A stretch of 64,000 nucleotides of DNA, from NCBI GenBank assembly GCA_963728915.1, contig CAVSLV010000001.1, positions 480,001-544,000 of the forward strand, in the 5' to 3' direction. The notes below the pieces were generated by a model that was given only the letters and a program-made list of their open reading frames with translations, ran no database searches and was not told where the DNA came from. This DNA comes from an uncultured Gemmatimonadales bacterium. Its GTDB lineage: Bacteria > Gemmatimonadota > Gemmatimonadetes > Gemmatimonadales > GWC2-71-9. The first letter of the stretch is position 1. Every line of letters begins with the position of its first letter. Below are positions 47,848-57,099 of the stretch, in pieces. A program made the translations under genes and the position numbers.

Positions 47848-48680
47848 TTCAACTTCGATCTACCTCTCGCCGCTTCTCCGTCCGGCCTCGCCACCCGGCC
47901 GGGGACCGGTGCGCGACCGGTCTCCGGCAGGCGAGCCGGTTTCTGGCTCTGGGTCTCCCTTGTTGCCGGTGGCCTGGCGGTCCTCGAAGCCGTCGCCGTT
48001 CGGATCCTCCGGATCGACGATGGCAGGATCGGCGCCTATGCAGGGATCGTCCTCCTGTGCGCCGGGGCGATGGCGCTGCTCTCCGGGATCGCCTCCCGGA
48101 TCGGGTGGCCAAGAACCCTGTCGGCCACAGGTCTCGTGATGGCGATCGGGGGCGGCGCCGAGGTTCTCGGACTCTACAGCGCGCTCCCGTTCGGGCGGTA
48201 CGAGTACACCGACTGGTGGCTGCCGTACGTCACCCTTCCTAACGGCAAGCTCTTCCCCATCCTCATGCCGCTCACCTGGTTTCTGGTGGTCGCCGCCTGC
48301 TATCTCGTCCTCGCCCGGCGAATGCGGGGCTGGGCACTCATCATCGGCACCGCAGCCTTCGCCGCCCTGGTAGATCTGGCCTTCGAGCCGGTCATCACCC
48401 GGGTGGTGTTCCTCTGGCGCTGGCTCGAGCCGGCGCCGCTGCTCGGGGCTCCCTACCAGAACGCGTTGGGCTGGTTCGTGATCTCGGGAATCGCCGCGTG
48501 CTGCTTGCAGGCGCTCCAGCTCTGGCGCGCGAGGGAGCTGGCTCATCCTGGATGGATGCTTTCCGCCGGGCTCATCGCGACCGCTGTGATCGGGCTCGCG
48601 TACGGAGAGCCACGCGGAGCCGTGGCCCTCGCCATCCTGCCGATGGCGCTTTGGGGCCGGGGCCGGGGGACCGGGCCTAG
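47848..48680 (+). CDS. CruF/DUF422 ('carotenoid biosynthesis protein') family membrane protein; both ends ambiguous
   Basis: AEVLGLYSALPFGRYEYT, PILMPLTWF, DLAFEPV, W.W...GAPYQNALGWF; frame open from 47830 but first canonical start at 48070; nearest TAG (48678) is out of frame. Confidence 0.7.
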
Positions 48681-48682
48681 CC

Positions 48683-49467
48683 ATGCATCCGGTCCTCTTT
48701 CACCTGTTCGGGTATCCGGTCGAGGCCGCCGGCACCCTTTACCTCTTCGCCGTGATTGTTTCGGGCATCTACGCCGCTCGCATCTGCCGAAGGCTGAGTG
48801 GCAACCCCGACGACGTGATTCCCGGGGTGTTCCTGACCGTCCTCGCGGCGTACGTGGGGGCTCGGCTACACGGTGCGATCCTGGTGCAGGGAGGCCTTCC
48901 GGCTCACCCGCTGCGAGCAGCTGGCACACCCCGGCGCGCTCAGCTTCTTCGGAGGCCTCCTGCTGGGGGCGCCGGTCCTGCTCGGCTACCTGCGCTGGAA
49001 ACGGTATCCAGTCGGCGCAGTCGTGGATCAGCTCGCCCCGCTCGTGCCGATCCTCTACGCCCTGTTCCGGCTGGGATGTTTCCTGAACGGGGACGACTAC
49101 GGTCCGCCGACCGGGCTGCCCTGGGGGATGCGGTTCTCCCAGGGCTCGCCGCCCACCGCGGTGCGGGTCCATCCGACTCAGCTCTACGAAATCCTGCTCA
49201 TGGTGCCGGTCTTCCTCTGGATGCGGTGGACGCCGGAAAGCGGGTCTTCCCTCGGGGGCGCTCATGGGCGAGCTCGGCGTCCTGCTCGGGTTGGAGCGGT
49301 TCGTGGTGGAGTTCTGGCGACTGGGGCCCCGAGGGTTTGCCGGGCTCAGCGTGGCGCAGGGGCTCGCGCTGCTGCTGATCGCCGTCGGACTGAGCGGGAG
49401 GATAGTGGTCGCCGCAAAGCAGTCGCGGGTTATGGGAGTGGTGCACCCGTCGGGATTCCTCAACTGA
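48683..49467 (+). CDS. Divergent prolipoprotein diacylglyceryl transferase (Lgt)-family protein; +1 indels near 48914 and 49256
   Basis: MHPVLF, VGARL, LSFFGGL, D..AP, RLGCFLNGDDYG, LPWG, HPTQLYE and RFVVEFWR spread across three frames. Confidence 0.8.
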
Positions 49468-49485
49468 TGCCATCGGAGAGCCTCT

Positions 49486-51474
49486 ATGCCCAGGGTCACG
49501 CTGTATAACCGAATCCTCGCAACTGCCGGGATTCTTGGCTTCGTCGGGACCATCGTGGTGTTCGACCTGGGGTGCCCGGGGAGTACCGACAACAACAGCG
49601 GCTATCCCGTCCAGACCGTCACGGTGCAGCCTAACCCGGTCAGTGTGAGGGTCGGAGGATCGGCGCAGCTGGCCGTGACGGTGATCGATTCCCATGGCGG
49701 CACGATCGAGGACGAGGAGGTGACCTGGTCGTCGAGCGACCCGACGATCGCCACGGTTTCCGGAAACAGCACCGGCGCCGTGGTTACCGGAGTGCGAGCC
49801 GGTGTTGTTACGATCACGGCGACGAGCTTGGGCGTGACCGGCAAGACGACTGTAACCGTCAGTGATGTGCCGGTCGCTTCGGTCAGCGTGACCGGGGCCG
49901 CCAGTGTTGGGGAGCTCGAGAGCACGACGTTGACCGCAACGGCCAAGGACGCGAGCGGCAATGTCCTCCCTGGCCGGACCGTCGCGTGGAGTTCCAGTGA
50001 CCCAACCGTCGCCTCGGTGGGCAGCGCGGGGATGGTCAGCGGCAACAAGGGAGGGACAGCGACGATCACGGCGACCATCGAGCTGGTGAACGGCTCGGCT
50101 CCCATCACCGTGATCCCGGCGACGGTCGCGGGAGTGGACCTGTTCGCGCTCGCGCACGAGTTGAGCGTCGGCGAAAGCACGCACATCTCTGCCACCGTAA
50201 AAGACGCCCAGCAGCGCACGCTGTTGGGCCGGTCGGTCACCTGGTCGTCCAGCAACGCGGCCATCGCCAGCGTCAACGCCGACGGGCTGGTCACCGGCGT
50301 CGCGGCCGGCGGCCCGGTCACCATCACCGCGAGCTGTGAAGGCAAGAGCGGAACGACGCAGATTACCGTGACGGCCATGCCCTCCGTGGTCTCGGGCCGG
50401 GTGATCAACTACGTCACCGGCCAGGGGATCGGCGGGGCGGCGGTGAGCTTCCGATCCAATGATGGCGTCGGCTCCCTCCTCGGGGGCACCACCGCGGGCG
50501 CCGATGGAACCTTCACCTCGCCGGCGTTTTCGAGCGGAATATCGAGCGGCGTGCTGGTCGAGGCGAGCGCGAACGGATACGTGACGGGCCGGATTCTGGT
50601 GGGCAGCGTGCCGGCGGGGGCCACGACCTACGCGGGAGATGTTCCCCTGGTGCCCACGAGCTCGATGACCGGAGGCATCTCCGGGGTGATCAGGAACGCC
50701 CGGACTGCTGCCGGGATTTCCGGCGCCACCGTTTCCGTGTTCAACAACGTGAGCTCCAGCGCCGTCGCGACTCAGACGAGTGATGGGAACGGGAATTTCT
50801 CGTTTGCGGCGTTGTCGGCTGGAACCTATAGACTCACGGCCTCCGCCACCGGATTTCAGAACGCCCAGCGGATCGGGGTCGCGGTGGGGGACGGCGGGGT
50901 TACCGCCAACCAGGACCTGGTCCTGTCGCCCAGCGGGACCAATGCCGTGACCATTGTGCTCACCTGGGGCGCGTCGCCTTCCGATCTGGACTCCCATCTG
51001 ACCGGACCCAACCCTGACGCGAGTCGCTTCCACGTCTACTATGCCTCGCGGGGCAACCTGACCGCGGCGCCGTTCGCCAACCTGGACGTGGACGATGTTT
51101 CGAGCTACGGCCCCGAGACCATAACCATCACCCAGATGAGCTCCGGCACCTATCGCTATTCGGTCCACGACTACAGCGACCGCACCTCGAACCCGAGCAG
51201 TGGGCTTGGGTCCTCGGGAGCCAAGGTCCAGGTCTACACCGCCGCGGGACTGGCTCAGACGTTCTCGGTACCAGGCGGAGCGGGCACGCTGTGGACCGTC
51301 TTCGAGCTGAGCGGCACACTCGACAATCCGGTCATCACACCGAGAAACATCATGGGCTACGCCAGTGATCCGAGCGCCATCACCGCCCCGCCGCTGCTGC
51401 CGGGCATCGGCCTCACGGATGGGAGCCTGATTGGAAGCGCGGTGCGGCTCAACCCCAAAGGCAGTCCCCGCTGA
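49486..51474 (+). CDS. Surface (lipo)protein: three Big_2 Ig-like domains, two carboxypeptidase-regulatory-like domains and a YfaP/DUF2135-like domain
   Basis: Three WSSS(D/N)..(I/V)A(T/S)V repeats; SGRVINYVTGQGIGGAAV, GVIRNARTAAGISGATV; IVLTWG..SDLDSHL...LDVDD...GPETITI. Confidence 0.85.
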   Translation: MPRVTLYNRILATAGILGFVGTIVVFDLGCPGSTDNNSGYPVQTVTVQPNPVSVRVGGSAQLAVTVIDSHGGTIEDEEVTWSSSDPTIATVSGNSTGAVVTGVRAGVVTITATSLGVTGKTTVTVSDVPVASVSVTGAASVGELESTTLTATAKDASGNVLPGRTVAWSSSDPTVASVGSAGMVSGNKGGTATITATIELVNGSAPITVIPATVAGVDLFALAHELSVGESTHISATVKDAQQRTLLGRSVTWSSSNAAIASVNADGLVTGVAAGGPVTITASCEGKSGTTQITVTAMPSVVSGRVINYVTGQGIGGAAVSFRSNDGVGSLLGGTTAGADGTFTSPAFSSGISSGVLVEASANGYVTGRILVGSVPAGATTYAGDVPLVPTSSMTGGISGVIRNARTAAGISGATVSVFNNVSSSAVATQTSDGNGNFSFAALSAGTYRLTASATGFQNAQRIGVAVGDGGVTANQDLVLSPSGTNAVTIVLTWGASPSDLDSHLTGPNPDASRFHVYYASRGNLTAAPFANLDVDDVSSYGPETITITQMSSGTYRYSVHDYSDRTSNPSSGLGSSGAKVQVYTAAGLAQTFSVPGGAGTLWTVFELSGTLDNPVITPRNIMGYASDPSAITAPPLLPGIGLTDGSLIGSAVRLNPKGSPR

Positions 51475-51502
51475 GCCGGAGGGGGCGGCTGACACTCCGG
51501 TT

Positions 51503-51530
51503 CCAACAATCCGTAGGGCCGGGGCATCGA
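51503..51530 (+). promoter_or_regulatory. Candidate ECF-sigma promoter
   Basis: cCAAC-N17-CATCgaa upstream of a DUF4097 gene; spacing fits AAC-N17-CGTC-type promoters, match imperfect. Confidence 0.35.
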
Positions 51531-51563
51531 ATTGACCGGACCCCGACCTGGCGAGGAACCACC

Positions 51564-52478
51564 ATGCAGCGGCTTATCCCCTTGGCAGCACTCACCCTCC
51601 TGGCCGCCGGACCCCTGGCCGGCCAGGAAATCGTGGGACGAAACGACCAGACCTTCACCCTGAATGAGGCGGTCAGCCAGGGTGGGTGGGTGCGGATCGC
51701 CACCTTCAACGGCCGGATCGACATCACCCAGGGAACCAGCGGCCGGGTGGAGGTCCGCGCCGTCAAGGAGATCCGCCGGGGCGACGTCGAGGATATCGGC
51801 TTCGTTGTCCGCCGGGAGCGCGACGGGATCACGATCTGCGCCGTATTTGTAGACCAGGATGAGTGCGGTGCGGATGGCAACTACCATGGCGGCAACCACT
51901 CCGGCAACTGGTCCCGGAATCACCAGGGCCGGGTGGAATTCACGGTGCAGATCCCGGCCGGAGTCCGGGTCAAGGCAGCTAGCGGGAACGGTGACGTGAC
52001 GATTGCGGGGGCCGGCGCCGAAGTGGTGGCGGAAACCGGGAACGGCCGAGTCGATATCGCCGGCTCCACCGGCCAGGTGCAGGCCGAGACGGGCAACGGT
52101 GAGGTCACCGTTCGAGATGCCCGCGGTCCGGTGGACGTTTCGACTGGAAGCGGCGACGTTCGGGTGATGACGTCCACCGGGCCGGTTTCCGCCAACAGCG
52201 GCAACGGAGACATCGACGTGAGTATCGGCAAGATGGAGCGCTCACCCGACATGAGCTTTTCGACCGGGAATGGCCAGGTGACGCTCCGGCTCCCGGATGG
52301 CTACGGGGCGGAGCTGGACGCGAGCACCGGGAACGGCCACGTCACCAGCGACTTCCCGGTCCGAATCCAGAGCGGCCGGCTCGATCGCACCCGGCTTCGG
52401 GGCACTCTCGGCAACGGGGGCGGGCGGCTCTCGGTCAGCTCCGGCAACGGTGACGTGGAGATCCGGCGCCAGCCCTGA
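51564..52478 (+). CDS. DUF4097 beta-strand-repeat protein
   Basis: Signal peptide; repeated (T/S)GNG(D/E/R)V; ends LGNGGGRLSVSSGNGDVEIRR. Confidence 0.88.
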   Translation: MQRLIPLAALTLLAAGPLAGQEIVGRNDQTFTLNEAVSQGGWVRIATFNGRIDITQGTSGRVEVRAVKEIRRGDVEDIGFVVRRERDGITICAVFVDQDECGADGNYHGGNHSGNWSRNHQGRVEFTVQIPAGVRVKAASGNGDVTIAGAGAEVVAETGNGRVDIAGSTGQVQAETGNGEVTVRDARGPVDVSTGSGDVRVMTSTGPVSANSGNGDIDVSIGKMERSPDMSFSTGNGQVTLRLPDGYGAELDASTGNGHVTSDFPVRIQSGRLDRTRLRGTLGNGGGRLSVSSGNGDVEIRRQP

Positions 52479-52499
52479 GCGGGTACCACATCGAGCGGT

Positions 52500-53552
52500 T
52501 TATCGGGTGGTGATGGTCACCGTCGCGCTCATCCCCGGCCGCAATTCCGCGGCGCTGTCCTGAGGCATCGCCAGAAGGATCCGTACCGGAACCCTCTGCA
52601 CCACCTTGGTGAAATTTCCGGTGGCGTTGTCCGGCGGCAACAGCGAGAACTTGGCGCCGGTTGCGGGGCTCAGGCTCTCCACCCGGCCGTTGAAATCACG
52701 CCCGGGGTACGCATCCACTCCGATCTCGGCCTGGTCTCCGGGGACGATTCCCCGGACCTGGGTCTCCTTGAAGTTTGCCACGACCCAGACGTCGTCCAGC
52801 GGCACCACGCTCATGAGCGGCTGGCCGGGCTGCACCAACTGGCCGACTTCCACCGATTTGTGGCTGATGACGCCGTTGGATGGGGCCGTGATCACGGTAT
52901 AGGAGAGGGCGAGCGCCGCCTGGTCGCGGTTGGCGCGCGCAATCGCGACCCGGGCATCGGCGCCCCGGAGTCCGGCCTGTGCGGCGATCACCTGGTCGTC
53001 GGCCGCCCGGCTGTTCTCCCGCGCCACCGCAAGCTGCGCCTCCGCGGTCCTCGCCGCGGTCTCGGCGGCATCGAACTGCTGCTTGCTGACGATATTGCGC
53101 TGGGCCAGACCGGTGAGCCGTTCCAGGTCGCGGGCGGCCTTGGCCGCGGTGGCTTCCGCCTGGGTGACCGCGGCCCGCGCGGCTTCCGCGTTGGCGCGAG
53201 CGGAGGAGAGCTGCGCCGAGGATTGACCCGCACCCGCGCGCCCGCCGGAGCCCGAAGCCGCGACGGCGGCGACAAGCTCGGCATCGGCCCTATCGAGCGC
53301 CGCGCGAAGATCGCGATCGTCCAGCGTCACCAGGGTATCTCCCGAACGGACCCGGGCGTTCTCGACGACTGCGACCCGAATGACATAGCCGCCGACCTTG
53401 GACAACACCGGAATCACGTGCCCTTCCACCTGCGCATCGTCGGTACTCACGTGAGACCGGGACCACCACCAGCGCCGTACTCCGAAGACGATCGCCACCA
53501 GGAGGACCAAGGCCCCCACGATGAAGCCCACCCGCCGCTTGTCCGTCGCCAT
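52500..53552 (-). CDS. emrA: EmrA/HlyD-family periplasmic adaptor
   Basis: STDDAQVEG, KVGG.V, WVVANFKETQ, ATGAKFSLLPPDNATGNFTKVVQRVPVRI. Confidence 0.95.
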   Translation of the reverse strand: MATDKRRVGFIVGALVLLVAIVFGVRRWWWSRSHVSTDDAQVEGHVIPVLSKVGGYVIRVAVVENARVRSGDTLVTLDDRDLRAALDRADAELVAAVAASGSGGRAGAGQSSAQLSSARANAEAARAAVTQAEATAAKAARDLERLTGLAQRNIVSKQQFDAAETAARTAEAQLAVARENSRAADDQVIAAQAGLRGADARVAIARANRDQAALALSYTVITAPSNGVISHKSVEVGQLVQPGQPLMSVVPLDDVWVVANFKETQVRGIVPGDQAEIGVDAYPGRDFNGRVESLSPATGAKFSLLPPDNATGNFTKVVQRVPVRILLAMPQDSAAELRPGMSATVTITTR

Positions 53553-53572
53553 GCCTGCTCCCTGTGCCGAGG

Positions 53573-54919
53573 TTAGCGAATCGTCTCCGCCATCCCGGTG
53601 GCCCGTGCCAGCCGGATCCTGGCCGTCGCCCCGGCCGTGCGCGCGTCGATGAGCGCATCCCGGGCCCGGAGGAGGGACGATTGCGCGTTGATGACTTCGA
53701 TATTGCCGGCCACGCCGCTCTGAAAGCGCTCCTCCGCCTGGGCCACCTCGTCTTCCGCCAGCGACAGTCCTTCCAGCGCCACCCGTTCCTGCTCGCCGGC
53801 CGAGGCCAGGTCCAGCAACGCTGCATCCACCTCGGCGTCGAGCTGCTGCTCGGTATCGCGCTCCCGGGCCGTGGCGGCGTCGATGATGGCGTTCTGTTCC
53901 GCGATGCGCGATTCCCGTCGCAACCCATCGAAGAGCGGGAGCGTCAAGGCCAGCGCGACCTGCCGGGTCGCGAGGCCGCTGGTGAACGAGGTGCCGCTGA
54001 ACCCGGCGTCCCCTTCGACCTCGAGTCTCGGGAGCCGTTCGGACTTGATCGCTCCCTTTTCGAGCGAGGCGTGTTGGACCATCGCCCGCTCCAGCGCGAG
54101 ATCCGGGCGCCGCTCCCGGGCCAGTTGCCGCGCCGCCATCTGCTCTTCCGGCGCCTCGGACCGGGCCAGCGTGGCCGCCAGGGTATCGGTGAGCAGGAAT
54201 CGCCGCGCCGGATCGACGCCCATGGAGCGGGCCAGCTCGATCTCGGCGCGCGACCGGTTGTTCTCCGCCACCAGCAGGAGTCCCCGGGCCCCGGCGACCT
54301 GGGTCCGCGCGCGGGTTACGTCGATCCCCGGGCTCAAGCCCGCTTCGAGCTGCGCCTGCGACAGGGCGGCCAGGCGCTCGGCGAGGTCGAGATCGGCTTG
54401 CCGGGCGGCGACGATCGCCTCCGCCCGCACCGCGCCGAGGTAGGCCAGGGCGGTGCGCTCCGCCGCCTGTTCGGCCGCGACCGAGCGGGCGGCCTGGCTC
54501 ACCTGCACGGCGCCGCCGCTGGAACGGATCCGCGCCAGGGTCGAGAAGTCCACCACCGCCTGCCGCAGGGTCGCGCGGGCATCGGTCACGGTGAAGGGGC
54601 CGACCAGGTCGGGAAACGGGGGCGTGCCCGGGACGGTGGGGAACTCCAATCCGAAGGTGTGGATGTTGAAGGTGCGGTTCACATAGCCGGCTGACCCACT
54701 CAAGTCGGGGAACAGTCCGGCGCGGGTCTCGTCCCGCCGGGCGGCAGCTTCGCGCACCATGGCATCGGCTTCAACAACCGGGAGCGCCGCGCCGGCCCCC
54801 CGCTGGACCGCCTCCCCCAGGGAAAGCCGTTCCGGGACAGGGGACTGGGCCAGGGCCACGGCGGGCAGCGGCACCGCGCACCACAGAACGGCGGCGAGTC
54901 TCATGGGTCTCCTCATCAT
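53573..54919 (-). CDS. TolC-family outer-membrane channel
   Basis: LSLGEAV, RRPDL, LPLFDG, AEERFQSGV...EVINAQ. Confidence 0.92.
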   Translation of the reverse strand: MMRRPMRLAAVLWCAVPLPAVALAQSPVPERLSLGEAVQRGAGAALPVVEADAMVREAAARRDETRAGLFPDLSGSAGYVNRTFNIHTFGLEFPTVPGTPPFPDLVGPFTVTDARATLRQAVVDFSTLARIRSSGGAVQVSQAARSVAAEQAAERTALAYLGAVRAEAIVAARQADLDLAERLAALSQAQLEAGLSPGIDVTRARTQVAGARGLLLVAENNRSRAEIELARSMGVDPARRFLLTDTLAATLARSEAPEEQMAARQLARERRPDLALERAMVQHASLEKGAIKSERLPRLEVEGDAGFSGTSFTSGLATRQVALALTLPLFDGLRRESRIAEQNAIIDAATARERDTEQQLDAEVDAALLDLASAGEQERVALEGLSLAEDEVAQAEERFQSGVAGNIEVINAQSSLLRARDALIDARTAGATARIRLARATGMAETIR

Positions 54920-54924
54920 GGGGG

Positions 54925-56472
54925 CTACTCCGCCACGATCTCGGCCGCGGCTTCGCTTCTCCCGCGGACCAGGAGCACCAGCGGCAGGGCGAGCGCAAAG
55001 AGCACGGCAATCAGCCAGAACACATGGTTGTAGGACAGCACGGCGGCCTGGCGCATAACCCGGAGGTCGAGCAGCCGGATTGCCCGCATGGTGGCGGTGA
55101 AGGCATCGGCGCCGAAACGCTGCATCCCGCCGACCGTGCCGGCGATGGCGGCGCGGGTCGCCGGATCATAGAGGCTGATCCGCTCGCCCAGGATCTGGTG
55201 GTAGCGGCTCACCCCGACCGTGAGCTGATTCGCCGCGACCGCAATGCCGACGCTGCCGAAGACCTGGCGGACGACGTTGTACAGGCCGGCGGCGCCGGTC
55301 ATCTGGGGCCGGGGGATGGTCGCGAATGCCGCAGTGCTGAGCGCCAGGAAGATCAGGCTGAAGCCGACGCCCTGCCACACCTGCGGCTGGAGGATGTCCC
55401 AGAAGCCGAGCTGACTGGAGAGATGGGAGAGCTGCCAGAACGAGAAGGCGCTCACCATGAGCCCGGTCGTGGCAAGCGCTCTCGGTCCCACCCGGCGGTA
55501 GATCAATCCTCCGATCGGCATCACCACCGCCATGGCGAGGCTCCGGGGCATGAGGGCGAGGCCCGATTTCATGGCGGGATAGCCGAGCAGGTTCTGGAGG
55601 AAGAGTGGCAGGAGGAAGAGGCTGCCGAATAATCCCATGCCCAGCACCCCGCCGATCGCGGTCGCGGAAGCGAACGGCAGGTTCTTGAGTACCCGCAGGT
55701 TCACCGCGGGCTGCTCGATGCGCAGCTCCTGCCACACGAAGGCCACCAGCGCGATCGTGGCGGTGGCGAAGAGCATCACGATGAAGGAGGACTCGAACCA
55801 GTCGCGCCGCTCTCCCTGTTCCAGCGCGAGCTGAAGGGCGCCCAGCCCGACGGTCAGGAGGCCGATCCCGGCGTAATCGATCCTGCCGCGGGTACGCTCG
55901 AGATAGGGCGGATCGTGAATGAACCGCTGGACCAGGAGGATGCAAACGATGCCGACCGGAAGATTGATGTAGAAGATCCAGGGCCAGGAATACTGATCGG
56001 TGAGCCAGCCGCCGAGGGTGGGGCCGAAGGCGGGCGCCAGCACCACGCCCATGCCGTAGATCCCCATGGCGAGTCCCTGCTCTTCGGTGGGAAAGGTTTC
56101 CCGGAGAATCGCCTGGGAGACCGTCATCAGTACGCCCCCGCCGAGGCCCTGGATAACCCGGAAGGCCACCAGCAGGGGCAGGGTGCGGGCCACCCCGCAC
56201 AGCATGGAGGCGACGGTGAAGAGCACCACGCTGGCAAGGTAGAGATTCTTGCGGCCCAGCCGCGCCGACAGCATGCCGATGATGGGCATGATGATCACGT
56301 TGGACAGCATGTACCCGGTCACCACCCAGGTGATCTCTTCCACGGTGGTGCCCAGGGTGCCGTTCATGTTGGGCAGCGCCACGTTGACGATGCTCGAGTC
56401 GAGCACCGCCATGACGGTCCCGCTCATGACGCTCAGGGTCACGAGCCATTTGTGAGGGGCGACCTGGCTCAT
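54925..56472 (-). CDS. emrB: DHA2/EmrB-family MFS efflux pump
   Basis: MAVLDSSIVNVALP, WVVTGY, FRVIQGLGGG, APAFGPTLGGWLTD..SWPWIFYINLP. Confidence 0.95.
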   Translation of the reverse strand: MSQVAPHKWLVTLSVMSGTVMAVLDSSIVNVALPNMNGTLGTTVEEITWVVTGYMLSNVIIMPIIGMLSARLGRKNLYLASVVLFTVASMLCGVARTLPLLVAFRVIQGLGGGVLMTVSQAILRETFPTEEQGLAMGIYGMGVVLAPAFGPTLGGWLTDQYSWPWIFYINLPVGIVCILLVQRFIHDPPYLERTRGRIDYAGIGLLTVGLGALQLALEQGERRDWFESSFIVMLFATATIALVAFVWQELRIEQPAVNLRVLKNLPFASATAIGGVLGMGLFGSLFLLPLFLQNLLGYPAMKSGLALMPRSLAMAVVMPIGGLIYRRVGPRALATTGLMVSAFSFWQLSHLSSQLGFWDILQPQVWQGVGFSLIFLALSTAAFATIPRPQMTGAAGLYNVVRQVFGSVGIAVAANQLTVGVSRYHQILGERISLYDPATRAAIAGTVGGMQRFGADAFTATMRAIRLLDLRVMRQAAVLSYNHVFWLIAVLFALALPLVLLVRGRSEAAAEIVAE

Positions 56473-56936
56473 GGGGAGGCCGACGAGGCGGCCGCCAGGA
56501 CCGGCCGCAGCCGCCGGAGCGCGTCGGTGACCAGGGCGCGGCTCCGGGAATCCAGCGGAGCCAGGCGTCGCTCCAGATCGGCCCGCGTCATCGCCAGCGC
56601 GTGTTGCAGGGACCGGGCTCCCTTCGCGGTGAGATGAAGCCGGACATGGCGACGGTCCCGGGGCAGGGGGCGCCGCCGCACCAGCCCCCGCCGAACCATC
56701 CCTTCGATCAGGTGGGACGCGGAAGACAGGGCCAGGCCGAGATGGTCGGCCACGTGGGAAAGGGGAGCGTCTGGCGCATCATCCAGGGTGGCGAGGGCCC
56801 GAACCTGCTGAAGCGAGAGGTTGGCCGGCCGGGACCGGCGGATCTCGCTGCGCATGAGCCGGGTCGCGAGCAGGGCGACGTCCATCACCAGCCCGGCACA
56901 CCGCCTCGACCCGCGGGTCTCGACCAATAGTTTCAT
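56469..56936 (-). CDS. MarR-family regulator
   Basis: LSLQQVRAL, VADHLGL, GLVRR...DRR...LHLTAKG. Confidence 0.9.
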   Translation of the reverse strand: MKLLVETRGSRRCAGLVMDVALLATRLMRSEIRRSRPANLSLQQVRALATLDDAPDAPLSHVADHLGLALSSASHLIEGMVRRGLVRRRPLPRDRRHVRLHLTAKGARSLQHALAMTRADLERRLAPLDSRSRALVTDALRRLRPVLAAASSASP

Positions 56937-56949
56937 CTTCGAAGTATTG
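56925..56949. promoter_or_regulatory. Candidate MarR operator overlapping the marR start and promoter
   Basis: AT-rich palindrome CAATAgTT-N9-AAgTATTG; TACAAT on the minus strand at 56951-56946. Confidence 0.6.
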
Positions 56950-56993
56950 TAAACGGATCGGGCCCGGGGCGCCCGGGGGGGGCCGGGACCCGA

Positions 56994-57029
56994 AATGCCG
57001 CCGGCGCGGTTTCCCGCGCCGGCGGCATT
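56994..57029 (-). terminator. Intrinsic terminator after the DUF4382 gene
   Basis: 16-bp perfect stem with a GAAA loop on the minus strand and a short T tail; second hairpin at 57062-57090. Confidence 0.65.
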
Positions 57030-57099
57030 GGATCATCCGGTCGTGGCTGTCAACAGGATGGCCACCCGAGGGTGCCCGCCCCTCGGGTGGACCAGTCGG

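Noticed and set aside
47848..48680. Carotenoid gene cluster
   Set aside because: Only a CruF-like gene; no crtB, crtI, crtY or cruG nearby
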